A stretch of 64,000 nt of DNA from Candidatus Marinacidobacterium sp. Lineage in GTDB: Bacteria; Acidobacteriota; Vicinamibacteria; Marinacidobacterales; Marinacidobacteraceae. The notes beneath the pieces are model-generated. The model was not told the origin of the DNA. It searched no databases and worked only from the letters and a program-made list of their open reading frames with translations. Positions 1 to 9,596 of the stretch are shown here, piece by piece. Made by a program: the position numbers and the translations under genes. The stretch covers positions 288,001 to 352,000 of the forward strand of contig OZ242011.1 in the NCBI GenBank assembly GCA_965204755.1. The letters are read 5' to 3'. Each line of letters begins with the position of its first letter. Position 1 is the stretch's first letter.

Positions 1-175
1 CTTCTTCGCCAACGAGGTTCCCGGCTTCTTCTACCGGCTGGGCGTCCACCGGGAGGGCACGCGGACCGGCCCGCACCACTCGCCGTTCTTCCGGGCGGAC
101 AACGCCTCCGTCGCGATCGGGATGCGGGTCATGTCCACCATCCTCACCGACTACCTGTTCCGGAACGCGCCGTAG
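1..175 (+). CDS. M20-family amidohydrolase, C-terminal fragment (runs off the window start)
   Basis: Frame 2 reads FFANEVPGFFYRLG...PHHSPFFRADNASVAIG...TAG at 173-175; HHSPxF is typical of the M20 amidohydrolase C-terminus. Confidence 0.8.
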   Translation, partial: FFANEVPGFFYRLGVHREGTRTGPHHSPFFRADNASVAIGMRVMSTILTDYLFRNAP

Positions 176-220
176 TCCGCGACGGGCGGGCGCCCGCCGG
201 GTTCCGCCCCCCGGCGGGGG

Positions 221-1936
221 TCAGCGGGGGGTCGGGACGAAGGGCAGGAGGGCGAGGCGGGCGCCGCGGAGGGCGGGGAGCAGCAGCCGGGAGCGGGAGC
301 GGAACCCGCCGCCCGACAACTCCGCCTCCAGGCGGTCGAACAGGGTCGGCGGCCGCGGCAGGGTGACCACCTCCACCGGGTCGTCGGGATCGAACCCGGC
401 GGCGACGGCGGCGGCGCGAACCGCCCGGTCGAGCCCGCCGAGTTCGTCCACGAGGCCGGCGCCGACCGCCTGCCCGCCGGTGAACACCCGGCCCTGCCCC
501 ACCCGGTCCACTTCCTCCGGCGTCATCCCGCGCGCCCCGGAGACGCGGGTCAGGAACCTCTCGTACCCCTCGCCGACCATTTCCCGCAGGCGCTCCATCT
601 CGGCTTCGTCGAGCGGGCGGGCCGGGTTCAGCCAGTTCGACTCCGCGCCGACTTCGACGGTCTCGACGGAGACCCCCACCTTCTCGAGCAGCCCGCCGAC
701 GCTCGGGCGGATCACGAAGATGCCGATGGAGCCGGTGACGCTCAGCGGATCGGCCCAGACCTCGCGGGCCGCGGTGGCCACCCAGTAGCCGCCCGACGCC
801 GCCACATCCCCGAAGGAAGCGAGCACCGGCTTGTCCTCGCCGGCGCGGCGGGCCGCCCGCCAGATGTCCTCCGAGGCGGTGTCCACCCCGCCCGGGCTGG
901 AGACCCGGAGGACGACGGCGTCCACCGACTCCTCCTCTTCCGCCCACTCGATCGCCTCGACCACGGTGTCCGCGCCGGCGACGGTCCCGAACAGCAGGTC
1001 CAGACCGCTCTTCCCGGGAACGATCGCGCCGTGGATGTGGACGACCGCCACCCGCGCCCCGGCCCCGTCCGGCGCGCCCCGCGACCGCAGGTAGGACGCC
1101 GGGGAAACGCGCTCCCCGCCCAGCGCCTCGTCCACCTCGTCCGCGTAACTCACCCGGTCGGCCAAGCCCGTCCCGACCGCTTCCGAAGCGGTGTACGGCC
1201 CGCCGGAGGAGAGCCGTTCCGCCTCTTCCTCGCCGAGGCGCCGCCCTTCGGCGACGGCCCTCGTCACCTCCGCCCGGAAGTCCCGTCCGATCCCGGTGAG
1301 TTGCTCCCGGTGCTCCGCCGTCATCCGGGCCCGGGTCCAGGCCTGCGGCGCGGTCTTGTACCGGCCGACGGCCACGCTCTGCACCTCGACGCCGACCTTC
1401 TCGAACAGGTCGCCGTAGAGCGCCACCTCGAACACGATCCCGTGGAGCGCGAGTTGCCCGATCGGGTGGACATGGATCGTCTCCGCCGCGGTGGCCAGGT
1501 AGTAGTCCAGGAGGCCGGCGTAGGTGAGCGCGGCGGTCACCGGCTTCCCGGACTCGCGGAACGCCGCGGCGGCCTCGCGGAGGGTTCGCGCCCTCGCCCA
1601 GCCGAGCGAGGCGCCGTCCACTTCCAGGTGGAGCCCGCCGATGCGGGGATCCTCGGCGGCGAGGGTCACCGCCTCGACCAGTTCCCGGAAGGTGATCGCC
1701 GGCTCCGAGAAGGGGAGCGGCTCCTGCGCCAGCGCCTCGGGATAGGCCGCCGCGGCGTCCACCACCAGCACCGCCCCGTCCGGCGCCTCCGGGGCGGCCC
1801 GGAAGAGGACGAGGCCGAGCAGCGCCGCCAACAGGACGACGCATCCCGCGGCGGCGGCGAGGAAGAGGAGCGCGCACCCGCCGCGCCGACGGCGCGCGCC
1901 GGGCGGAGGAGGCGGTGGCGGGAGCGGGGTGTTCAT
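221..1936 (-). CDS. sppA: Signal peptide peptidase SppA (protease IV, S49)
   Basis: N-terminal TM helix and two S49 domains; YYLATAA, GRYKTA, LRVSSPGG, AASGGYW, TGSIG and GRVFTG motifs. Confidence 0.93.
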   Translation of the reverse strand: MNTPLPPPPPPPGARRRRGGCALLFLAAAAGCVVLLAALLGLVLFRAAPEAPDGAVLVVDAAAAYPEALAQEPLPFSEPAITFRELVEAVTLAAEDPRIGGLHLEVDGASLGWARARTLREAAAAFRESGKPVTAALTYAGLLDYYLATAAETIHVHPIGQLALHGIVFEVALYGDLFEKVGVEVQSVAVGRYKTAPQAWTRARMTAEHREQLTGIGRDFRAEVTRAVAEGRRLGEEEAERLSSGGPYTASEAVGTGLADRVSYADEVDEALGGERVSPASYLRSRGAPDGAGARVAVVHIHGAIVPGKSGLDLLFGTVAGADTVVEAIEWAEEEESVDAVVLRVSSPGGVDTASEDIWRAARRAGEDKPVLASFGDVAASGGYWVATAAREVWADPLSVTGSIGIFVIRPSVGGLLEKVGVSVETVEVGAESNWLNPARPLDEAEMERLREMVGEGYERFLTRVSGARGMTPEEVDRVGQGRVFTGGQAVGAGLVDELGGLDRAVRAAAVAAGFDPDDPVEVVTLPRPPTLFDRLEAELSGGGFRSRSRLLLPALRGARLALLPFVPTPR

Positions 1937-2016
1937 GAGGGAAAGGGCCCGGAGGGTTCAGCGCCCGTCGGCGCGGGCGGAGGGGCGGGCCGCCGGCGGG
2001 GAGGCCGCGCCGCCGG

Positions 2017-2805
2017 TCAACCGGAAGCGCCGGGTTCGCTGCCGGAGGGCCGGTCGGGGGCGGCGGGCCCGGAACCGGGGTCGGAGCCGGCGGCGTCGGC
2101 GCCGGTCGCCGGCTCCCCCTCCCCGGCGGTCGGGAGCCGCTCCAGCCGGGCGTCGGCGAGCGGGCGGAACGCGGAGAACGGGAACTCCTCGGCCAGCCGC
2201 CGGTAGGAAGCGGCGGCGGCTTCCGGGCGGCCCTGTTCCTCTTCGAGGACGCCGAGTTCGAAGAGCACCGGGTCGAGCGGCAACTCGCCGCCTTCCTGCT
2301 CGACCAGGCCGCGGTAGGCCGCCGCGGCTTCTTCCCCCTGCCCCGCCCGGCGCTTGACCCCGGCGAAGTCCATGGTGGCCAGCGAATCCAGCAGGTCGCC
2401 GCGCCCGCGCACCCCGTCGAAGGCGGCCGCCGCGGAGGCGAGGTCCCCGAGCGCCCGGTGGCAGACGCCGGCGTAGTACCGGGCGGTGCGCCCTTCCACC
2501 GAGTTGCCGCGTTCGTCCGCGAGCGCGATCAGCCCGGTGAGCGAGGACTGGCAGGGTTCGCGCTGCCCGAGTTCCCCGTCCGCCGCCGACTGGATGTCCG
2601 CGAGCAGCGCCGCCAGCCGGACGCGGGCGGCGTCCCGCCGGGCGCCGCGCTGGACGAGGAGGCCCCCGATGAGGAGCGCCGCCCCGACGAGCGCCAGCAG
2701 GCCGGTCAGCACTGTCCGGCGGTGCTCCCGGACCCAGTCGCTCGCCTGCTCCACCCGGAGCAGGAGCGCGTCCGTCTCGAGTTGCCGCCGTTCTTCGCGC
2801 CGCAT
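2017..2805 (-). CDS. Membrane-anchored tetratricopeptide-repeat protein (YfgM-like)
   Basis: Single TM after WVREHRR, then TPR-like helices (ARYYAGVC, LFELGVL, YRRLAEEFPFS); TAGAAT -10-like box just upstream. Confidence 0.75.
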   Translation of the reverse strand: MRREERRQLETDALLLRVEQASDWVREHRRTVLTGLLALVGAALLIGGLLVQRGARRDAARVRLAALLADIQSAADGELGQREPCQSSLTGLIALADERGNSVEGRTARYYAGVCHRALGDLASAAAAFDGVRGRGDLLDSLATMDFAGVKRRAGQGEEAAAAYRGLVEQEGGELPLDPVLFELGVLEEEQGRPEAAAASYRRLAEEFPFSAFRPLADARLERLPTAGEGEPATGADAAGSDPGSGPAAPDRPSGSEPGASG

Positions 2806-2830
2806 GGGGGAACCAGGAATTCTACGGCGT

Positions 2831-5464
2831 TCAGGCCGCTCCCCGGTCGGCGGCCGGCGGGGAGAGGCGGGCCAACTGCCGTCCCAGCCGGGTCCAGAGC
2901 CAGGGCGTCCGGCGGACGGAGAGGTCGAGCAGGTAGGCGACCAGCGCCAGCAGCGCCAGCAGCGGCCAGAGGTCCCGGGAGCGGACCACCCGGTCGCCGC
3001 CGGCGGCGAGCACTTCGCCGATGGTCGGCGCCACCGAGCCGCCGGTCTCCTCCGCCAGCGCGGCCAGCGCTTCGTCGGCGGGTGGGAGGAAGCGGTACTC
3101 GTCGGGGTAACTCAGGTGGATGGCGCGCTCCAGCGGAGGGCCGTTCGCGTCGGCGAGCAGCCCCGCCGGGAGGCTCTCCTCCAGCACGCGGAAGCGCGCC
3201 GCGCCGCCCGGCTCCAGGTCGAGCGGCGCCTCGGCCGCGAACCGGCCGGGGCCGGTCTGGCGCATCGGCGCCCGGGCCACCCGCCCGGACGAGTCGCGGA
3301 CTTCGAGTTCCGGCGCCACTCCGGTCGGGAACGCGCCGTCCTCCCCGATCAGGGAGAGGCGCGCCTCGGCGGCGCCGCCGGCGCGGACGACCTCGAAGTC
3401 GAGTTCCGGCCCGGCCCCGCGCCGCATGGCGTCGCGGACGACCTGCGTCCAGAACCGGCCGTACCCCTCCCAACCGATCCAGTCCGCCGCCCAGCGGTTC
3501 TTGCAGTCGGAAGCGAACAGCGCGGCGCGGCCGAGCCCGTATTGCCACCGCGCCAGCAGCGGCTCCTCTTCCGGACCCTCGAGCAGGACTTCCGCGGTGT
3601 CCTTGGCCATCGTGGCGACGAAACCCTTGAGTTCCGGCGCCTGCTCGAAGTCGAGCCCGTCGAGCACCCGGGCCTGTTGGCGCACCAGCGGACGGAACGG
3701 CTCTTCGACCAAAGTCGCGTCCAGCGCGATCTGGGTCTCCTCGACGAAGATCTGCTGCACCCGGGCGGCGTCCCGGATGAAGTAACTGCGGCCCTCGCCC
3801 CAGTCCGCGATGTCCGACAGCAGTTCCCGGTCGGCTTCCTCGCCCACCGCCACCGTCGAGATCGTGATCTCGTCCTCCTGCATCCGGCCGACCAACTCCT
3901 CGTAGTCGTCCGGATAGGTCTTGCCGTCGGAGAGCAGGATCACATGCTTGACCTTCGACGGGCTCTCGTTCAGTTGCTCGTAGGCCCGGTCGAGCGCCGG
4001 GTAGATGTTCGTCTGCGCGCTGGCCTGGATGCGGCTGATCCCTTCCTTGATCCAGTCCCGGTCGGCGACGACCTGGAGCGGGATGGTGGTGTACGGATTC
4101 CAGTCGAAGGTGACCACGCCGAAGCGGTGGGTGTCTTCGAGCAGGTCGAGCGCCGCCTTGGTCGCTTCCTTGGCGAGGGCGATCTTGCGTCCGTACATGC
4201 TGTAGGACTTGTCGAGCACGATGACCAGCGAGAGGTCCTTCCACTTCTCCTCGATGCGGAAGTCCACCGGGAGCGCCTCCTCGAGGACGGATTCGGAGTA
4301 CCCGTCCTCGCCGTAACTCGATTCGCCGGCGGCGAAGACCAGCCCGCCGCCGTCGTCGCGCACATAGCGGGCGATCCGGCCCATCGTCCGCTCGGGGATC
4401 TCGGTCGGGGGGATGTCGCTGAGCACCACCGCGTCCCAACGTTCGAGGTCGAGGAAGGCGAGCGCCGCCGGCGGGGCGGTCTCCACTTCGACCCCGCCCT
4501 CTTCGAGCGCCGCCCGGAGGTAGCGGGCGCTCTCCGGCTGCCCTTCCACATAGAGCACGCTCGCCGGCGCGGCGATCGGCGCCTCGACCGCGCGCCGGTC
4601 GTTGAGGGGCAGCCGGTCTCCCGCGACTTCGACTTCCGCTTCGAGGAGCGCCATCCCCGGCTCCTCGATCCGCACCGGCACCGGCACGGTGGAAACGCCC
4701 GGCGGGAGGGCCACGGAGATCCGCGTCAGCGGCTCGCCGGCGCGCAGCAGGCGGATGTTCGCCGGCCCGCCGGCCGCCGAGTGGACCTCGACTTCGACCC
4801 CCACCATCTCGCCGGCGCGGGCGCCGGGAGGCACCTCGATCCGGTTCACGGAGGCGCCGCCGTCGCTGCGGACGGCCGAGGGCGCGGGAAAGACCCGGAC
4901 GCCCGAGTCCCGGAGCAGCGAGAGCGCCCGGCCGAGGTCGCCGTCGGTCGCCCGGCCGTCGCTGAACAGGACCAGCCGCTTCAGCCGGTCCGGCGGGAAC
5001 CGGGAGGCGGCGTGGCGGAGCGCCGCCTCGATGTCGGTGCGCCCCTGGTCGAGCGCGCCCGGCGGCGCCCGGCCCGGCGTGGATCCGCTGTCGAACACCC
5101 GGACGCCGAGCAGGTCGGAAGCGCCGTCCACGGAGACCGGGCGGTCGGCGAAGGCGATGAAGTGGGCGTTCTCCGGGCCGAGCGTCCGGCCGGCCTCCTC
5201 CGCCCAGGCCACCGCCTCCCGAAGGGATTCCGGCGCCACGCTCCGGGACACATCGAGCAGGAAGGCCACGGAGACTTCGCCGGCGCCGGCCCGCACCACC
5301 GGGCGGCAGAGCGCGAAGAGCAGCAACCCGACCGCGGCCGCCCGCAGGACGAGCGAGGCCCGGAGCCGGGGCTTCGGCCACCGGAGCCCGGAGCGGAGCC
5401 CCACCCACAACACCACCCCGAGGAGGGGAAGGAGCAGGAGCGGCCAGGACGCCTGGAAGGCCAT
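2831..5464 (-). CDS. Membrane protein with two VWA domains and a GATase1-like domain
   Basis: Two MIDAS motifs (LLDVSRSV...FSDG and VLDKSYSM...LSDG), GGGLVFAAG...YGEDGY segment, WQYGLGR, and TM helices at both ends. Confidence 0.85.
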   Translation of the reverse strand: MAFQASWPLLLLPLLGVVLWVGLRSGLRWPKPRLRASLVLRAAAVGLLLFALCRPVVRAGAGEVSVAFLLDVSRSVAPESLREAVAWAEEAGRTLGPENAHFIAFADRPVSVDGASDLLGVRVFDSGSTPGRAPPGALDQGRTDIEAALRHAASRFPPDRLKRLVLFSDGRATDGDLGRALSLLRDSGVRVFPAPSAVRSDGGASVNRIEVPPGARAGEMVGVEVEVHSAAGGPANIRLLRAGEPLTRISVALPPGVSTVPVPVRIEEPGMALLEAEVEVAGDRLPLNDRRAVEAPIAAPASVLYVEGQPESARYLRAALEEGGVEVETAPPAALAFLDLERWDAVVLSDIPPTEIPERTMGRIARYVRDDGGGLVFAAGESSYGEDGYSESVLEEALPVDFRIEEKWKDLSLVIVLDKSYSMYGRKIALAKEATKAALDLLEDTHRFGVVTFDWNPYTTIPLQVVADRDWIKEGISRIQASAQTNIYPALDRAYEQLNESPSKVKHVILLSDGKTYPDDYEELVGRMQEDEITISTVAVGEEADRELLSDIADWGEGRSYFIRDAARVQQIFVEETQIALDATLVEEPFRPLVRQQARVLDGLDFEQAPELKGFVATMAKDTAEVLLEGPEEEPLLARWQYGLGRAALFASDCKNRWAADWIGWEGYGRFWTQVVRDAMRRGAGPELDFEVVRAGGAAEARLSLIGEDGAFPTGVAPELEVRDSSGRVARAPMRQTGPGRFAAEAPLDLEPGGAARFRVLEESLPAGLLADANGPPLERAIHLSYPDEYRFLPPADEALAALAEETGGSVAPTIGEVLAAGGDRVVRSRDLWPLLALLALVAYLLDLSVRRTPWLWTRLGRQLARLSPPAADRGAA

Positions 5465-5763
5465 GGGGGATCGGGTGGAGCGCCCCGGCCCGGTTCGGCC
5501 GGCCCGGGGGGGCCGGGCCGCCGGGCGGCGCGCAACCCGCTAATTTCGCACATTCCCGCCGGGGCGCCGCCGGCCCCGCTCCGGCCCCTCCCCGCCACCC
5601 CGGAAAACGACCCCGGAAGGGCGTCCCCTCTTCGAGTCCCGGCGGCGCCCGGCCCCTCCCCCCGGACTGCTACGCTCGCCGAAGGGCGCGCGCCCTCGGA
5701 ACGCGGCCCCAGGAGCGATCGAACGCCCGGCCCGGAACGGGGCCGGAACGAGGAGAAGGACGC

Positions 5764-7863
5764 ATGAACGCAACGGGCCCCTCCCCCCGCAACACCCTCG
5801 CCCGCCTCGCGCCGGCGGCGGCCTTCGCCGCCCTCGCCGCCTCGCCGGCGGCGGCCCAGGACGCCGCGCCGCGCCTCGTGGTCGAGCCGGCGGAGTTGAC
5901 GCTGGAAGTGGGCGAGTCGCGCCAACTCACCGCCCGGGTGATCGGGCCCGACGGGGAGGAAGTCGCCGACGCGCGGGTGGTGTTCTTCTCCGGGAACCGG
6001 CTGGCGCTCTCGGTGACGCCGAGCGGGTTCGTCACGGCGAACCGCCCCGGTGAGCACCGCGCCACCGCGCTCCTGCCCGACCGGCCGTTCGACGGCGCCT
6101 GGGACTCCTACAGCCGCCGCGACCCGGGGATCCGCGCCGCGGTCGCCGTCACCGTCCCGACGCCGGCGGTCGCGGAACTCTTCTTCGACGACCCGCCGAC
6201 GGAGGCGTGGGCCGGGACGGCGAGGCCGCTCTCCGTCTCCGGTCGGGACCGCGCCGGGGACTTCCGGCCGGCGCTCGAGGCCGAGTACGCGGTGAGCGAT
6301 CCGGCGGTCGCGGAAGTGGACGAATTCGGCGTCGCGTCCTTCCTCTCCCCCGGCGAGGTCGTCGTCACCGCCTCGAGCGGCGGGTTGAGCGTCACGCAGA
6401 CGATCCGGGTCGCGGAGAACCCGACCGCGCGGCTCGTCCTCGAAGCCCCGGAGCAGTCCGAAGTGCGCACCGGCGATGTGCTGAGGTTCCGGGCGGAGGC
6501 GCGGGACGCCGGGGGCGCGCCGCTTCCCGGGGCGCCGATCCGGTTCGCCCTCGAATCCCGCCCGGACGCCCACCGGCCCGAGTCGCTCGGCGCCGGCGCC
6601 CCGGCGCAGGTCACCGGGGACGGCCGGTTCGTGGCGGAGCAGTCGGGCCTCTACACGGTGGTGGCGATGAGCGGCGACCGGATCGCCCGGCGCGCGGTGC
6701 GGGCCGTTCCCCGGGGGGTCGGCCGCGAAGTGGAGTTCCTCGGCCACGCCCGGGTGTCGGACCGGGTGACCGCCGATCTTTGGGTCTGGGAGGGCGCGGA
6801 CGGGCGCGACTACGCGGTCCACGGCACCTGGAACGCCGAAGGCCACGCCTATTTCTACGATGTGACCGACCCCCGGAACATGGAACTCATCGACACGGTG
6901 CAGGTGGACGCCCGCACCGTGAACGATGTGAAGGTGTCCGCCGACGGGACGCTCTGCGTCCTCAGCCGGGAGGGCGCCTCCAACCGGCGGAACGGCTTCG
7001 TCCTGCTCGATGTGACGAACCCGCGCGAAGTGGAGATCCTGGCGAGTTTCGACCAGGGGCTCACCGGCGGCGTCCACAATGTGTTCCTCGACGAAAACCA
7101 TGTGTACGCGGTGAACAACGGCCGGCGGTGGGATGTGGTGAATGTGGAGGACCCGAGGAACCCCTTCCGGGTCTCCCGGTTCGAGACCGACACCCCGGGC
7201 CGCTCCGTCCACGATGTCTGGGTGCGCGACGGGATCGCCTACCAGGCCGGGCGCACCGACGGCCTGATCCTGGTGGATGTGGGCGGCGGCGGCCTCGGCG
7301 GCAGCCCGAACACCCCGGTGGAGATCGGGCGGTTCCCGCAGATCACCGGCTGGAACCACGCGGTCTGGCCGTTCCGCAGCCCTTCGACCGGCCGGCTGTA
7401 TGTGATCGGCGGGGACGAGGCCTTCCACCTGAGCCCCCGGCGGCCCGACGCCGGCGGCATCCTCTGGCGGGAGGGCATCCCCTCCCGCGCCAAGGGCTGG
7501 CTCCACTTCGTGGACTTCACCGACCCGGGCAACCCGGAGGAAGTGGCCCGGTTCCAACTCGCCGACTCCGGCCCCCACAACCTCTGGGTGGACTGGGAGG
7601 AAGAGGTCATGTATGTCGGCTACTACGACGCCGGGCTGCGGGTGGTGGACCTCTCCGGCGAGTTGCTGGGCGACCTCTACCGCCAGGGCCGGGAGATCGC
7701 CCGGTTCTTCCCCGAGGACAACGAGGGCTTCCTGGCGAACGCCGCGTTCACTTGGGGGCCGCAGCCCCACAAGGGGACGATCTTCCTCGCCGACTTCAAC
7801 AGCGGTCTCTGGGCGGTGCGCCTGAAACCGCCCGCGGACCCCGCCCCGACCGGCGGGCGCTAG
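5764..7863 (+). CDS. Secreted Ig-like-domain + LVIVD-repeat protein (paralog 1)
   Basis: Signal peptide (AAAQ), Big_2-like segments, LVIVD-type repeats (YFYDVTDP, VLLDVTNP, LRVVDLS) and repeated His motifs (GVHN, SVHD, WNHA, GPHN). Confidence 0.85.
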   Translation: MNATGPSPRNTLARLAPAAAFAALAASPAAAQDAAPRLVVEPAELTLEVGESRQLTARVIGPDGEEVADARVVFFSGNRLALSVTPSGFVTANRPGEHRATALLPDRPFDGAWDSYSRRDPGIRAAVAVTVPTPAVAELFFDDPPTEAWAGTARPLSVSGRDRAGDFRPALEAEYAVSDPAVAEVDEFGVASFLSPGEVVVTASSGGLSVTQTIRVAENPTARLVLEAPEQSEVRTGDVLRFRAEARDAGGAPLPGAPIRFALESRPDAHRPESLGAGAPAQVTGDGRFVAEQSGLYTVVAMSGDRIARRAVRAVPRGVGREVEFLGHARVSDRVTADLWVWEGADGRDYAVHGTWNAEGHAYFYDVTDPRNMELIDTVQVDARTVNDVKVSADGTLCVLSREGASNRRNGFVLLDVTNPREVEILASFDQGLTGGVHNVFLDENHVYAVNNGRRWDVVNVEDPRNPFRVSRFETDTPGRSVHDVWVRDGIAYQAGRTDGLILVDVGGGGLGGSPNTPVEIGRFPQITGWNHAVWPFRSPSTGRLYVIGGDEAFHLSPRRPDAGGILWREGIPSRAKGWLHFVDFTDPGNPEEVARFQLADSGPHNLWVDWEEEVMYVGYYDAGLRVVDLSGELLGDLYRQGREIARFFPEDNEGFLANAAFTWGPQPHKGTIFLADFNSGLWAVRLKPPADPAPTGGR

Positions 7864-7963
7864 TCGGCGGCGGGCGAGCCGCGCCCCGGAGGGCGGGGCG
7901 GAGAGTTGGCGATAATGTCTATTCGAGTTATCTTAAATAGGCCATAAGAAGGTTGAAACTAAC

Positions 7964-8302
7964 ATGATGAACTCTCCCGCCGTCCGGAGCCCTCCCGCCG
8001 TCGTCGAAGAAGCGCTCGCGCGGCTCGGTGGTCGGCTGCGGATCGCGCGCCTGCGCCGGAACCTGACCACCGAGGAACTCGCCTCCCGGATCGGGCTCTC
8101 CCGCCAGACCGTCTCGGCGGTGGAGCGCGGCCGACCCGGCGTCTCCGCCGCCGCGGTGTTCGGAGCGCTCTGGGCGCTGCGGCTGCTCGACCATCTCGAG
8201 CCGGTCGCCGACCCGGCGCGCGACGCCGAAGGGGCGGCGCTGGAACTGGCCCGCGGCCGGCGGCGGGCGCGCCGGCCGGCGGCGCTCGACGATGACTTCT
8301 GA
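7964..8302 (+). CDS. XRE-HTH antitoxin (HipB-like)
   Basis: LRIARLRRNLTTEELASRIGLSRQTVSAVERG helix-turn-helix; overlaps the downstream HipA gene; AT-rich promoter-like stretch upstream. Confidence 0.85.
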   Translation: MMNSPAVRSPPAVVEEALARLGGRLRIARLRRNLTTEELASRIGLSRQTVSAVERGRPGVSAAAVFGALWALRLLDHLEPVADPARDAEGAALELARGRRRARRPAALDDDF

Positions 8303-9596
8303 GGCGCGGCCCCCGGAATCGAACCGACCCCGATCCGACCGGCCGCGCCCGGGCGGAGGCCGCGCCTGCTTCGTCCACATCGTCCTGCCCGGGGAGACCG
8401 GGTTCACGGTCGCCGGGCGGTTCCGCGCCTCCCGAACGCCGGACGGGACGCCGATCGGTGAATTCGTCTATGGCCGCTCCTACCTCGAGCGGCGCGGCGC
8501 CGTGGAACTCGACCCCCGGGAATTGACGCTCGGCCGCGGGCAGCGGCGGACCGCGCGGCTCGGCGGCATGTTCGGCGCCCTGCGCGACTCCATGCCGGAC
8601 GCCTGGGGGCGCCGCCTCGTCGAGCGGCGGCTCGGCCGAACCGACCTCGACGAATTCGACTACCTGACCGCCGGAAGCCGGGATCGGGCCGGAGCGCTCG
8701 GCTTCAGCGACGATCCGCCGCCGCCCGCCGCGGAGGCCCCCCGCTCGACCCCGACGCTCGAACGCCTCGCTACCGAAGCGGCCATCCTCGCCGGGGATCC
8801 GGCGGCGGCCGTGCCGCCCGCGCGCGACCTCCTCTTCCCCGGCACTTCGCTCGGCGGCGCCCGCCCCAAGGCCACGGTGCTCGACGGAGACCGGTTGTGG
8901 CTGGCCAAGTTCGGCCTGCCCGGAGACCGCTGGGACGAATCCCGAGTGGAGCACGCGATGCTCCGCCTCGCCGCCCGGTGCGGCATCCGCGCCGCCGAGA
9001 GCCGCGTCGAAGCCGTGGGCGGCGGCCGGTCCGTGTTGCTCGTCCGGCGGTTCGACCGCGCCCGGAGCGGAACCGGATTCCTCCGCCATCGCCAAGTCAG
9101 CGCGCTCACGCTGCTCGGAGCCGACGACTCGCCGACGGACCGCCGGGGCTGGTCGTACCTGGAACTCGCCGACGAACTCCGCCGCACCAGCGTCCGCAAC
9201 CGGGAGGACCTCCGCCAACTCTTCCTCCGCATGGGCTTCAACGCCGCGACCCGCAACACCGACGACCATCCGCGCAACCACTGCCTGACCGCGGACGCCC
9301 GCGGTTGGCGGCTCGGCCCGGCCTACGACCTGACCCCGACGCCGGGCGCTTCCGCCGAGCCGCCGGACCTCGCCATGACCTGCGGCCGCCACGGACGGCG
9401 CGGCAGCCGCGAGAACCTGCTGAGCGGCGCCCCGCGGTTCCTGCTCGACCGAACGGACGCCGAGTCGCTGCTCGACGGCGTCTTCCGCGCCGTCGCCGCC
9501 GGCTGGCGCGAGGCCCTGGCCGAAGCCGGCGTGAGCCTTCGGGACGCGGAAACGGTCGCGCCCGCGTTTTCCCCTTCGGTAGTCTCCGCCGAATGA
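8292..9596 (+). CDS. HipA-family kinase toxin
   Basis: DSMPDAWG, GTSLGGARPKA, NTDDHPRNH and PAYDL motifs. Confidence 0.92.
   Translation: MTSEARPPESNRPRSDRPRPGGGRACFVHIVLPGETGFTVAGRFRASRTPDGTPIGEFVYGRSYLERRGAVELDPRELTLGRGQRRTARLGGMFGALRDSMPDAWGRRLVERRLGRTDLDEFDYLTAGSRDRAGALGFSDDPPPPAAEAPRSTPTLERLATEAAILAGDPAAAVPPARDLLFPGTSLGGARPKATVLDGDRLWLAKFGLPGDRWDESRVEHAMLRLAARCGIRAAESRVEAVGGGRSVLLVRRFDRARSGTGFLRHRQVSALTLLGADDSPTDRRGWSYLELADELRRTSVRNREDLRQLFLRMGFNAATRNTDDHPRNHCLTADARGWRLGPAYDLTPTPGASAEPPDLAMTCGRHGRRGSRENLLSGAPRFLLDRTDAESLLDGVFRAVAAGWREALAEAGVSLRDAETVAPAFSPSVVSAE

Noticed and set aside
8897-9592. N-terminal extension of LVIVD paralog 2 shown in the ORF track
   Set aside because: It overlaps hipA out of frame; the signal peptide and paralog alignment place the start at 9593.
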